A DNA stretch of 64,000 nucleotides from Deltaproteobacteria bacterium (lineage in GTDB: Bacteria > Myxococcota > Kuafuiibacteriia > Kuafuiibacteriales > Kuafuiibacteriaceae): contig JAVJQW010000019.1 in assembly GCA_040218735.1 (NCBI GenBank), positions 256,001-320,000 of the forward strand. The letters are read 5' to 3'. Positions 36,801 through 45,231 of this stretch are shown here, in pieces. The first letter of the stretch is position 1. Each line of letters opens with the position of its first letter. The notes below the pieces were generated by a model, which saw only the letters and a program-made list of their open reading frames with translations, searched no databases and was not told the DNA's origin. The translations under genes and the position numbers were made by a program.

Positions 36801-37958
36801 CGCGAGTAACACGAGGCCGAGCGTCACGCCGGCTTGGGGTGTGAACGCCATCCACGCGTTCACACCGACCGCGCGATCCTCGTTCCCGATCCGCGCGCCG
36901 AGGAAGCCGGCGATCACAAACGCGAGGATGCGCGCGACGGTCAGCGCGAGCGCGAGCGGGAGGATCTTGTAGGTCCCGAAGAGGTCGACGCCGGCGCCCG
37001 CCGTCGTGAAGAACACGACGAACACCGGCAGCGACACCTTCACCAACGGCTCGAGCAGCTCGTGCTCGAACTTGGAGAAGTTACGGACCACGAAGCCAGC
37101 GGTGATGAACACCAACAGCAGCTCGGCGTGGAGGTAAGCGATCGCCTCCGCCGACAGCAGCACGCAGACGACGATCGCGAGCAGCATGTCGCGGTGTACG
37201 AAGCGCAGGTACAGGATCAGGATGACGCCGAGCGCTCCGCCGAAGACGAGGGAGACGCCGATCTCGCGCGCGAGGAGCAGGAACGACGCCGCGCTCATCG
37301 TCGCGCCGGGTTCCACGAGCGTGCGAACGATCGCGATGCTCACCGCGAGCGCGAGCACGACGACGAGGTCCTTCACCACGGAGATCGCGAGCGTGATGTC
37401 CGAGAGGCGCCCCTTCGCGCCGGACTCGTTGATCACCGCGAGCGCGATGGCGGGGGAGGTGCCGATGCCGAGCACCGCGACGATCACCGCGAGCCCGATG
37501 ACCATGTTGCCGTCCTCGACGCCGAGGAACGGGAAGAAGGTCTCGACGCCGTAGAACGTCCCGCCGACCAGCAACAGCAGCAGCGGGATCTTGAGCGCGA
37601 CCATCGCGGACAACGTGCGCCCGACCTTCTTGATCGCTTTGATGTCCAGCTCGAGGCCGGCGGTGGTGGCGATCAGCCCGAGCGCGAGGGTGTTGAACAC
37701 GCGCATGTCGCCGACGATCGTCGTGGTGAGGATCTGCGAGACCTGCGGCCCGAGCAGGATGCCGCTGGCGATGTAACCGGTGATCCGCGGCAGCTTGATC
37801 GCCGTCATCATCTCGCCGACGGTGAACGCCGCGAGCACGACGAACCCGATCGCCGCGAGTGTCATCGGGTCGGCCGCACCGCCGCCCGTCTCGGCGCGCA
37901 GCGCGGACAGCGCGGTCATCAGACCGAGCAGGCCGGCGAGGACGAGGATGCGGCGCAC
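33807..37958 (-). CDS. Cation:proton antiporter (CPA2-like) fused to long helical region, P-loop domain and winged helix
   Basis: KLPRITGYIASGILLGP, AGLELD, TSPAIALAVINE, VFFTTAGA, PQAGVTLGL; later VIGDHGSGRTS, IILIDD, SGGNLRAAL, LSQVEVAEVLG...LEDAGLV. Confidence 0.85.
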   Translation of the reverse strand: MRRILVLAGLLGLMTALSALRAETGGGAADPMTLAAIGFVVLAAFTVGEMMTAIKLPRITGYIASGILLGPQVSQILTTTIVGDMRVFNTLALGLIATTAGLELDIKAIKKVGRTLSAMVALKIPLLLLLVGGTFYGVETFFPFLGVEDGNMVIGLAVIVAVLGIGTSPAIALAVINESGAKGRLSDITLAISVVKDLVVVLALAVSIAIVRTLVEPGATMSAASFLLLAREIGVSLVFGGALGVILILYLRFVHRDMLLAIVVCVLLSAEAIAYLHAELLLVFITAGFVVRNFSKFEHELLEPLVKVSLPVFVVFFTTAGAGVDLFGTYKILPLALALTVARILAFVIAGFLGARIGNEDRAVGVNAWMAFTPQAGVTLGLVLLAEKALPVLQDPLHRTGLALVAINLVIGPVLMGLAFKRAGEVGSREEEEAPEAAPESDAPAPVPTDRPDPSRLDAPELVEIVHRLDDTLRGRFEALIEEQLQPLADRGRKASIRLFVEPGASKSGAPVHVAEALEQDLDDVAEGLEKELLAVVEDLQTALGAVDTAVTVPMSAALLIRRPQDRRRTRVARWWRRNFPALAGRTRTVPTRMIARIAIEARLCEALLDAREKWFATQLKLVWQARQHVIGAITADECRQAIDLITAAFLDDVRRDLIDAVDRGMHATIDAYGLVGSPGVPASALRLSAVEPIGRAALERLEGDAARWREVVDAAYDTLRAAAAVERVRDAFVAIVKKRVRVPLDVVETDLLPIAATLKSRLEVLLESLEGDEPAPRAEIEAAAEELYPKRERNRFTGLRDKYRHATQASDLLAELSELVELAPKSLELIEPDTIPDVRKIEIRKSSVANRIEGLLIESFAPQMLDVVRDVSDIVVQGETRLDEAMGAASFGLDNAGNDAGKTTDDVTWRAIVKESTTRSRDRLDQYVRELTEAQEVASKELDTLAEETCHDLEALVTSDGTPPRPRGRQPTRRTVADAVDRVRRSLQRARRRVANAAIAIVRGRQVRDWLIRSGQRRLDASQMRQYLDRFVPDPAALSLPPIHQKVFSLEPIEDLRLAVAYKPQLEQLIKSIQPGRTEQFANVLVIGDHGSGRTSVVNALELRLARHRVLRIDPRFHSRRGGLVRAIARELRTNPDPRSISVALRRKTTIILIDDIEHYVLPTAAGLDDLSRFLQTVMSTSAFTHWVASTSTSALALLEEMAPLSAAFGRRFTLAPLSVQEVREVLEARTSLSGFTAEHEQRRFLGRAWRPQKAADDYYRAVTRVSGGNLRAALLAHVRSIKVNGDTTLLLEPPSQTSIPFGEQIPVDALAVLGLLVRFGPLSQVEVAEVLGVPPDEAGGALLPLEDAGLVLRMRRGGRVAIPAHMSKQVSTVLERQGVVS

Positions 37959-39191
37959 CTAGGAGACCTCCACCGGCAACGTCGGTCCCTCGGACTCGGG
38001 CGGGAGGCGATCGTGCTCGCCGGCGTCGACGAGGAACCGGCCGAGCGCCGCGCCGCTGGAGAGGTCCTGCACGACGAGCGCGGCGAGCACGGTGGTGAGG
38101 ACGATCGACGACTGCGCCGGGTACACCTGCGCGTAGCTCACCGCGATGGCGGCGCTGATTCCGCCCTGCGCCCACAGCGCGCTGCCGGCGCGGTGTACGC
38201 GGGGGAGGTCGTCGAAGAGATCGACCGCGATGTTCGCCGCGACGCGGAGGGTGAGGAGGCGAACCGCGACGTAGACGAGCGGCGCGAGCCACCACACGCC
38301 GAACACCGGGGACCACATCGCGCCGGCGAAGATCAGGACGGTCGTCACGGCGGGGCGTTCGAGCCGGGCGAGCTTCACGTGGAGCAGGCCGGAGTCCTTC
38401 GCGATCAGCGACACGACCACGCCGACGATCGCGTTGAGGAGCAACGGCGACATCCCGGCGGCCGAGGCCATGCCGCTCGCGAAGATGACGATGCCGACGG
38501 TCGCGAGGAAGAGGCGGTCGTCGCCCTCCTCGCGGTCCTTGCCCATGAACAGCGCGAACAGGACGCCGCAGGAGACGCCGAGGAGGATCAGCGCGACGAG
38601 CCATTCGGTCTGGGTGAGCGTGAAGCGGTTCGACGCTTGTGCGGATCTCGACAACGCGAGCGCGGTCCCGGAGATCGCGACGCCGAACACGGAGCCGGTC
38701 AGCGCGAAGCCGCGCAGCATGTCGGTCGCGTCGCCGCGCGCGCGGTGGAGGCGTACGCCGGACTCGACGGCCGCGGTGGAGATCGTCGCGGCCGCGCTGC
38801 CGATGGTGACGACGGGCCACAGGATCGGCTCCAGCGGCGAGGGATCGATCGGGAGGTAGAGCAGGCCGAAGTACAGGACCGCGCCGACGGTGCCGCCGAC
38901 GCCGAGCGCGATGACGAAGCCGCCGCCGAGGGCGGGGAGCGCGAGGAGCCGGCGTCGCAGCGCGAGACCGAGTGAGAAGCCGACGACGCCGAGGGTGAGC
39001 GAGACGAACGGTCGGATCGTGTCCATCACGTCCGTGTCGAGGAGGCGCAGGCCGAAGGGCCCCAGGAGCACGCCAATCACGACGTACCCCACCTCCGAGA
39101 CCCCGACTCGGGCCTTCGCGTAGCGGTTGAGCAACGCGCTCGCGAGGACCGCGAACACGACGACCAAGACGAGCGTGACGACGATCGGCAA
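37959..39191 (-). CDS. Cation:proton antiporter-like membrane protein
   Basis: GYVVIGVLLGPFGLRLL, GVVGFSLGL, MSPLLLNAIVG, AQGGISAAIA; about 12 TM; TTG start inferred; abuts the next gene. Confidence 0.8.
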   Translation of the reverse strand: MPIVVTLVLVVVFAVLASALLNRYAKARVGVSEVGYVVIGVLLGPFGLRLLDTDVMDTIRPFVSLTLGVVGFSLGLALRRRLLALPALGGGFVIALGVGGTVGAVLYFGLLYLPIDPSPLEPILWPVVTIGSAAATISTAAVESGVRLHRARGDATDMLRGFALTGSVFGVAISGTALALSRSAQASNRFTLTQTEWLVALILLGVSCGVLFALFMGKDREEGDDRLFLATVGIVIFASGMASAAGMSPLLLNAIVGVVVSLIAKDSGLLHVKLARLERPAVTTVLIFAGAMWSPVFGVWWLAPLVYVAVRLLTLRVAANIAVDLFDDLPRVHRAGSALWAQGGISAAIAVSYAQVYPAQSSIVLTTVLAALVVQDLSSGAALGRFLVDAGEHDRLPPESEGPTLPVEVS

Positions 39192-39287
39192 CGCGCGTCG
39201 ATCAAGGCGGCTTGCGAGGGCCGAGTCAAACAATTGGCGGTGGGTCGCTGTGTCGCCGGATGGGGGGTAGACTCGTCGCCGGTCGCG

Positions 39288-40358
39288 ATGGCTTCGATCG
39301 TGGTGGTGGATGGCGGGTCGTCGTTCGGGGCGGAGCTCGTCGGACGTTTGTTCGGCGCGGGCCGAGACGTCCTCGTGGCGCCGACGATCGACGTCGCGCT
39401 CGAACGTATCGCGCGGTTTCCTCCCGAGGTCGTCTTCGTCTTCCACGATCCGCCGGTGCAAGACGGCGCGGAGATCGCGCGGTCCGCGCGCGCGGCGGAC
39501 GATCACGTGTTGGTGATCGTCGGCGGGCAGTGCGCGCCTTTGGACCCGATACCGGGCGTGCAGGCGATGTTCTCTCCGGCGCTGTCCGCCACGAACGTCG
39601 CGCGGGCGATCATGGTCGCGGCGGACGAGCGGATGCGGAGCGAAGAGGCCGAGACGCCGCCGATCTTGCCCGACGAGCTGGTCGACACCTCCGACGACAT
39701 CACGCCGGTCGGCCAGGACGCGGTGCAGGTGCTCCGCGCCGCACTCGAGTCGTCGCAGGCTGCGCAGCAAGCGCTCGCCGGTACGCAGACGCCGTCGTTG
39801 ATCGCGGACGACGTCCCCGACGTCACGGTGCGCCCCCGCGCGGTGTCGACCGCCGGTGCGCCGCGTTGGACGCCGGGGCAGTTCGATCAGATCGCGGAGT
39901 CCGATCTGTTCATGGCGCCGTCGGCGTCACCGCTCGACGCGTCGTTCTTCCGCGACGTGCCCGCGGCCGACGAGCTCCCGTCGGTGCAAGACGCGCTGTG
40001 CGGTGCGCTCGTCTCGGAGATCGACGGCGCCGTCGCAGCGGGGCTCGTCGATCTCGACGCCGCGGCGCTCGTCGGCCAGCACTACCCCGACGACCTGACG
40101 CGCCAGGTGCTCGAGTCGATCGCGCCGATGGTCGTGGCGATGTTCAACGGTGAGGCGCTCGCGCGTTTCGAGGACGTCGTGCACGAGGAGGGCGCCGTGC
40201 AGTCGATCGTCGTGTCGACCGCGGTGACGCACCATGTGTTGCGCGGGATCGGCGAGCGCTTCGTGGTGGTGCTCGTCGTCCCGACGATGTTGGAGCTCGA
40301 CCGGGTACGCGAACGCCTCGAAGCGCTGCTGCCCGGCCTCCACGCGAACCTCAGCTGA
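39288..40358 (+). CDS. Pseudo-receiver domain - linker - Roadblock/LC7-like domain
   Basis: SIVVVD...VALERIARFPPEVVFVF...DGAEIAR (REC fold lacking phospho-Asp); C-terminal EIDGAVAAGLVDLD...QSIVVST...HVLRGI...VVLVV. Confidence 0.65.
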   Translation: MASIVVVDGGSSFGAELVGRLFGAGRDVLVAPTIDVALERIARFPPEVVFVFHDPPVQDGAEIARSARAADDHVLVIVGGQCAPLDPIPGVQAMFSPALSATNVARAIMVAADERMRSEEAETPPILPDELVDTSDDITPVGQDAVQVLRAALESSQAAQQALAGTQTPSLIADDVPDVTVRPRAVSTAGAPRWTPGQFDQIAESDLFMAPSASPLDASFFRDVPAADELPSVQDALCGALVSEIDGAVAAGLVDLDAAALVGQHYPDDLTRQVLESIAPMVVAMFNGEALARFEDVVHEEGAVQSIVVSTAVTHHVLRGIGERFVVVLVVPTMLELDRVRERLEALLPGLHANLS

Positions 40359-41415
40359 CGGCGCGCACCGCTTCGAGCCACCCCGTGCCGAAGCGATCGT
40401 CCGGCTCGAGGTAGTGCCCCTCCGACCACTCGTTGAGCGAGGCGACGAACACCCACGGGCTGCCGTAGTCCGCCGCGCGGGTGAGCGCCGCGCGGAAGTG
40501 GTCGGGGTGCTCGCCGACCACGACCGGCGACCACGGGTACTTGTCGGGGCGTTTGTCTCCGAAGTCCGCGCCGCGCGGTGAGGCGTCCCAGCCCGGCGCG
40601 ACGGAGGGCATGTACGGGAGCGTCCCTTCGCGGGCGAAGTGGTCCCAGCGCTCGGCGCTGATCCTCGCGCGCTCGGCGTAGTCCTGCAGGAACGGCCCGC
40701 GCCAGTCCGGGAGGAGCACGTAGTGCGTCACGCTGTCGAAGCCGACCTCGCGGACGTGAGGGAGCACGTCGTAGGCGGGATCGATCGCGGCGAAGTGCGG
40801 ATCGCCGACGCCGTTCGATCGGCACCACCGCCGCGCGCGCTCGATCGCGCGACGCGCGTCATCGAGGCCGAGCTCGTGCAGGAAGAACGTCGAGTCGAAG
40901 ATCGAAAAGTAAGGGCGCCCGTCGATCCGCAGGTAGTTGTCGCGCGCGAAGTAACGCTCGCCGACGTAAGCGATCAGCGCTTCGAAGTCGTCGACGTCCG
41001 TCTCGACGAGGCGGTCGTGTGCGATGACCGGGAGGTCCGAACGGCGCACCGGCAACACCCGACGCGGCATGCGGTTCGCCCACATCAACGCAAACGGTGT
41101 GTCGCGCCCGAGGGGCGATCCGAGGAAGCCGAGGTCGAGCCCGTCCTGGAACACCCGCTTCCCGCGACACCAGAAGAAGCCGTACACAAACGCATCCACG
41201 CCGTGATCCCGCGCGAGCGTGACGCGCGCGGCGAGCGCCTCCGGGTCGCGGTCGTCGTAGGGACCGAGCGCCGGGACCTTCGGCTGCGCGTGCCCCTCGA
41301 AGCGCGGGCGGCAGTCCCTCACGAGGTCCCACTCCGTGAAGCCCGGGTAGAACGATGCGTCGCGCTCCGGGATCGGGTGCCAGCCCGGGTAGACGTACGC
41401 AGCGATCCGAACCAT
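40351..41415 (-). CDS. Glycoside hydrolase family 99-like (WbsX-like) protein
   Basis: IAAYVYPGWH, TEWDLV, LARDHGVDAF, FALMWAN, YLRIDGRP, PGWDASPR, NEWSEGHYLEPD. Confidence 0.9.
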   Translation of the reverse strand: MVRIAAYVYPGWHPIPERDASFYPGFTEWDLVRDCRPRFEGHAQPKVPALGPYDDRDPEALAARVTLARDHGVDAFVYGFFWCRGKRVFQDGLDLGFLGSPLGRDTPFALMWANRMPRRVLPVRRSDLPVIAHDRLVETDVDDFEALIAYVGERYFARDNYLRIDGRPYFSIFDSTFFLHELGLDDARRAIERARRWCRSNGVGDPHFAAIDPAYDVLPHVREVGFDSVTHYVLLPDWRGPFLQDYAERARISAERWDHFAREGTLPYMPSVAPGWDASPRGADFGDKRPDKYPWSPVVVGEHPDHFRAALTRAADYGSPWVFVASLNEWSEGHYLEPDDRFGTGWLEAVRAVS

Positions 41416-42707
41416 CAGAGCGTCAGGCGCCGGTTGGCGCCTTCCGTCGAGGACACCACGAGCTCGCAGACGAGGTCACCCTTCGAAACGCAGCGCGTCT
41501 CCTCCACCCGCCACGGCAGGCCGCCCTCGAGGAGCCGGTCGTAGAAGTCACCCGAGAGTGAAGGGCGACTCGTCCAGGGGACACGGTGGGCGAGCTGCAT
41601 CGTGGCGAGTGCCGCACCCTGCATGAAGTAACACGCGCCCTCCGTCGCCCGCCCTTCGCGGTGCACGTAGTAACAACTCTCGTAGGTCGCGGGGACGCGG
41701 AGCACGAGGCGCTGGTGCGGGACGATCTCCTCGATGCACCACCGACCGAGGCCCATCGCACGCCCGATCGCACACGCGCCGATCACGATCTCTTCGACTT
41801 CACCGCGGAGCGGACCGCCCTGCGTCTCCCACTGCGGGGACATCAGGATGTGGCCGAACGCGTTGAACGTGCCGACGTGCGCGGCCTCCCGGAGGAGCGC
41901 CTTCATCACGCGGACCGACTGCGGCGCGATGCGCGCGACGTGCCTCAACGCGTCGTACGCCGCGCGGTTGTAGTACGTCGCGGGGGTCAGCGCGAAGTAG
42001 AGCCCGAACGCACGCAGGCGACCGTCCGGATCCGCGAACAGCTTCGACGCGTGGTTTCTCAGGCGCTCCGCGAGCACCGCCACCGCGGTCTCGTCGACGC
42101 TCGAGATCGGCTCCAAACGTGTGCGCTCCACGTGCTCGCGGAGCACCGGGCGCATCAGCGGGGCCTGGTCCATCGGACGCAGCGCGAAGCGACAGTTCGG
42201 GACATCGAGGACGACGCAGGGCTCTTCGGTGGCGTCGACTGACTCCCGCGGGAGCCCGTGCACGACCTCCATCGCCGCGGCCGCGTAACCGGCGGTGACG
42301 GCGTCGGCGGGGCGGCGGCGGTACATCCTCTCGCCGTACTTCTCTCGCCAGCAGGTGCCGTGGTGCAGGTGGGTCCCTTCGGCGAGGCCGCTGTTGCCGC
42401 CGACGCCCATGCGGAGGGTGCCGTGACCGAGCGTGGCGAAGAGGGCTTCGGCGAGGGCGCGCTGCTCCTTCTCACCCTCGACCGCGAGGAGGTCGAGCAG
42501 CCGCGCGATGACGTCGTAGAACGCTTCGCGCGCGGCGCGCGTGCGGACGACGGCGCCGAGCTGGGCGCCGAGCGCGTCGTCGATCGTCTGGTCCCAGAAC
42601 AGGTTGAAGTGGTGGCAGTGGTAGACGATCGGGACGTCGGCCAGCAGCTCGAAGTCGTAGCCGCTGAGGGTGGTGCGGTGCTCGGCGATTCGCGCGAGGT
42701 CCGCCAT
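41415..42707 (-). CDS. Tandem V4R-domain protein
   Basis: Two repeats: FATLGHG...AGYAAAA...EEPCVVLDVPNCRF and AMGLGRW...CYFMQG...EETRCVSKGDLVCELVV; N-terminal YHCHHFN. Confidence 0.8.
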   Translation of the reverse strand: MADLARIAEHRTTLSGYDFELLADVPIVYHCHHFNLFWDQTIDDALGAQLGAVVRTRAAREAFYDVIARLLDLLAVEGEKEQRALAEALFATLGHGTLRMGVGGNSGLAEGTHLHHGTCWREKYGERMYRRRPADAVTAGYAAAAMEVVHGLPRESVDATEEPCVVLDVPNCRFALRPMDQAPLMRPVLREHVERTRLEPISSVDETAVAVLAERLRNHASKLFADPDGRLRAFGLYFALTPATYYNRAAYDALRHVARIAPQSVRVMKALLREAAHVGTFNAFGHILMSPQWETQGGPLRGEVEEIVIGACAIGRAMGLGRWCIEEIVPHQRLVLRVPATYESCYYVHREGRATEGACYFMQGAALATMQLAHRVPWTSRPSLSGDFYDRLLEGGLPWRVEETRCVSKGDLVCELVVSSTEGANRRLTL

Positions 42708-42711
42708 CGCT

Positions 42712-43785
42712 TCAGATACCGACGGGGTCTTGTCCGAGGATGTCGCGAATCGAATCGGCGATGGCGTCGACCTGGGCGTCGTCGAGCGCGTCGGGGGCTT
42801 CGAGGAGATCGACCGGGATGCCGGTGCGCAGCGAGAGCCTCAACAACGCCGCGTGGGGATCGGGCGCGTAGCGACGGAAGAAGTCGAGCAGGCGCGTCGC
42901 GCGCGGACGGGCGACTGGGCGCGTGGGGACGTCGGGGATCGGGGAGGGCGGCGGCGACGCGGGCTTCAACGCTTCGTCCAGCTCCGTGCGATCGAACCGG
43001 CCCGTGATCTCCCCCTCGCTCGACGGCGACTCCACGGGCTGCGGGGTGATCGTCAGATCCCCAGGCAGCGGCGTCGGGTCGGGGCCCATCGTCGCCTCGG
43101 CGACGAACGGCGTGACCTCCCGCGTGAACGCGTCGGCGGCGCGCTTCGAGTCGAAGGTCGTGCTCGGCGGCGGCGGGACGCGCGGGGGCGGCGCTTCGAA
43201 GATCGGCGTCGGCGCGGGCTGCGTCGGGCGACGCACGCGCGGGACGCCGAGCGGCGGCGTCTCACCCGTGGGGTCCGAGACGGTCGGCCCGAAGCGCGGT
43301 GTGGCGCGCTCCTCGGTCGACGGCGACGAGAACCGTGGCGCGGCCGGCATCGCGCGGTCCGCGGACGACGCCGGGACCCGCTTCACGGTGCCGGTGTCCA
43401 TCGGCTTGGTGAACTGCTCGACCGACCCGCGGATGTGATCGCGGAGCTGGCGCGCCTGCACGCGCATGAGGCCGAGCGGCGCGGAGCGCTCGAAGACAAA
43501 CGCCGCCATCATCCCGGTCGTGACCTGCTCGAGGCGGATGAGGGTGTCGCGGGCTTCGACGGTGACACCTTCGACCGCTTCGCTCCCCACCGCGGTGGTG
43601 AGCGCGGTGACGCTCGCGCGGAACACCGAGCCGAGCTGCACGGCGGTCTCTTCTTCGTTGGTCCGCCCGGCGCGCGCCCACGACTTGATGAGCAGGCAGT
43701 CGGGGATGGAGACGATGAACACCTCCTTGAGCGCCGGCGCGCCGAGCGCGACGCGGCCGAGATCCTCCCTTGCGGACGTCGCCAT
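42712..43785 (-). CDS. Roadblock/LC7-like domain - Pro-rich linker - small helical domain
   Basis: VFIVSIPDCLLI...VTVEARDTLIRLEQV...AFVFERSAPLGLMRVQAR matches the MglB-like pattern. Confidence 0.7.
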   Translation of the reverse strand: MATSAREDLGRVALGAPALKEVFIVSIPDCLLIKSWARAGRTNEEETAVQLGSVFRASVTALTTAVGSEAVEGVTVEARDTLIRLEQVTTGMMAAFVFERSAPLGLMRVQARQLRDHIRGSVEQFTKPMDTGTVKRVPASSADRAMPAAPRFSSPSTEERATPRFGPTVSDPTGETPPLGVPRVRRPTQPAPTPIFEAPPPRVPPPPSTTFDSKRAADAFTREVTPFVAEATMGPDPTPLPGDLTITPQPVESPSSEGEITGRFDRTELDEALKPASPPPSPIPDVPTRPVARPRATRLLDFFRRYAPDPHAALLRLSLRTGIPVDLLEAPDALDDAQVDAIADSIRDILGQDPVGI

Positions 43786-44424
43786 TCAGGACTCCTTCCA
43801 GTCGAACGTGCGCGCGATGTAGCGGCGGATGGACGTCACGACCGACTTCGACAGCGGCTTCGTGCCGACGACGCCGACCGCGATGCGGCCGACCGGCGTG
43901 TCACACCAGATCGTGTCGAGCGTGCGATCGGCGTCGAGCTCGATCGACGCGGCGCCGACGCTGGGCGCCTTGGTGATCCCGCGCAGCGATCGAATGGCCC
44001 GCTCCAGCGCGACGCCCGACACCACGAGGTCCTCGACGCTCTTCGTCACCGCGATCGGCAACCCCTCTGGGTCCGCGATGTAGAAGTCGTCGCCGACGAC
44101 CTGCGCGAGCCACGCCGAGAGCGCTTCGATTCGCGCCCACACCGAGGGGGCGTCGAGGTTCGGCTCCTCCGCGGCGTCCGTCGAGGCGGTGACGTCGTTG
44201 AACGACCCCTCCTTGGTCTCGGGGAGGGGCGTGGCCTCGACCGACGAAGGCGGGTGGTTGGGGTACGGCGTGATCGGCGGTACCGGCGCGCGCGTCAGGG
44301 TCGGCGGGTCGTAGAACCGCGGCGTCGACGAAGGACGGGTGGAGATCGGGAGCGTCGACACTCCGGCGCGCGTCAGCGAGGACGCGAGGGTGTCTTCGTC
44401 AATCCACGAGAGCGATGGGCTCAT
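43786..44424 (-). CDS. Hypothetical protein with C-terminal Roadblock/longin-like domain
   Basis: Pro-rich N-terminus; FYIADPEGLPIA...SIELD...RIAVGVV; overlaps the ParA stop by 26 bp. Confidence 0.6.
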   Translation of the reverse strand: MSPSLSWIDEDTLASSLTRAGVSTLPISTRPSSTPRFYDPPTLTRAPVPPITPYPNHPPSSVEATPLPETKEGSFNDVTASTDAAEEPNLDAPSVWARIEALSAWLAQVVGDDFYIADPEGLPIAVTKSVEDLVVSGVALERAIRSLRGITKAPSVGAASIELDADRTLDTIWCDTPVGRIAVGVVGTKPLSKSVVTSIRRYIARTFDWKES

Positions 44425-45202
44425 TGCTCATGCCTCGTTCGTCGATGGCGATGCGGGACTCGAGCTCCGCCGCCAGTTGGTCGAAGACCATCGCCACGGG
44501 CGGGGGCCTTCGCTTGAGTAGACCAACCGGGACGCCGTTGGCGCTGGCGTCGAGGAAGACCGAGTCGCGCGGGATGGAGGTGTCGAACAGCAGCGACTGC
44601 GGCAGCGACGCCCACAGATCCTCGGCGACACCGAGGGAGCTGGCCTGCCGGGTCTGCAGCATCGTGAGGAGGATGCCGACGACCTCGGTGTTGGCGCCCT
44701 TCTCGCGGAGGCTCCCGAGCACGTCGAAGATGCGCAGCACGGAGCGCGCGGCGATCGGTTCGGCCTGCACCGGGCACAGGACGTACCGGCACGCGCGCAT
44801 CGCGCCCATCGTCGCGCCGCCGAACCCGCTCGGCGTGTCGACGATGATCAGCTCGCGGTCCGACGCCTCACGTTCGATGCGCTTCAGGACGGCGCCGTCG
44901 GCGAGCGCCGCCTGAAACCCCATCGCGTCCTCGGGCGCGACGCGGCCGACCGTCAGGATCTGCAGCTCGGGGAGCTTGGTCTGCACGGCGAGCTGCGCGA
45001 GCGGGCGGCGGTGCACGATGTACTCCGCGAGGCCGGGCGACTGGCTGAGCTTCTTGGTGAGCGACAGGCCGATGGCCCCGGCGGGATCGGTGTCGACGAG
45101 CAGCGTCCGCAGGCCGCGGCGGGCGAGCGAGAAGGCCAGGTTGAGGGCCACGGTCGTCTTGCCGACGCCCCCCTTCTGGCTCGCTACGCACAACGACACC
45201 AT
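44399..45202 (-). CDS. ParA/Soj-family ATPase (orphan)
   Basis: Deviant Walker A SQKGGVGKTT, LLVDTDP, IIVDTPS, PVQAEP, GILLTM, IPRD; start taken at MVSLCVAS. Confidence 0.93.
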   Translation of the reverse strand: MVSLCVASQKGGVGKTTVALNLAFSLARRGLRTLLVDTDPAGAIGLSLTKKLSQSPGLAEYIVHRRPLAQLAVQTKLPELQILTVGRVAPEDAMGFQAALADGAVLKRIEREASDRELIIVDTPSGFGGATMGAMRACRYVLCPVQAEPIAARSVLRIFDVLGSLREKGANTEVVGILLTMLQTRQASSLGVAEDLWASLPQSLLFDTSIPRDSVFLDASANGVPVGLLKRRPPPVAMVFDQLAAELESRIAIDERGMSNEPIALVD

Positions 45203-45231
45203 CGGACAGGATCTATTTCGCAAACGCGACC

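Noticed and set aside
39192-39770. Long N-terminal extension of the antiporter-like ORF
   Set aside because: It is antisense to the plus-strand pseudo-receiver gene; hydrophobic sequence only begins near 39191.
44399-45202. Chromosome or plasmid partition locus
   Set aside because: No parB, parS-like palindrome or replication gene was seen nearby.
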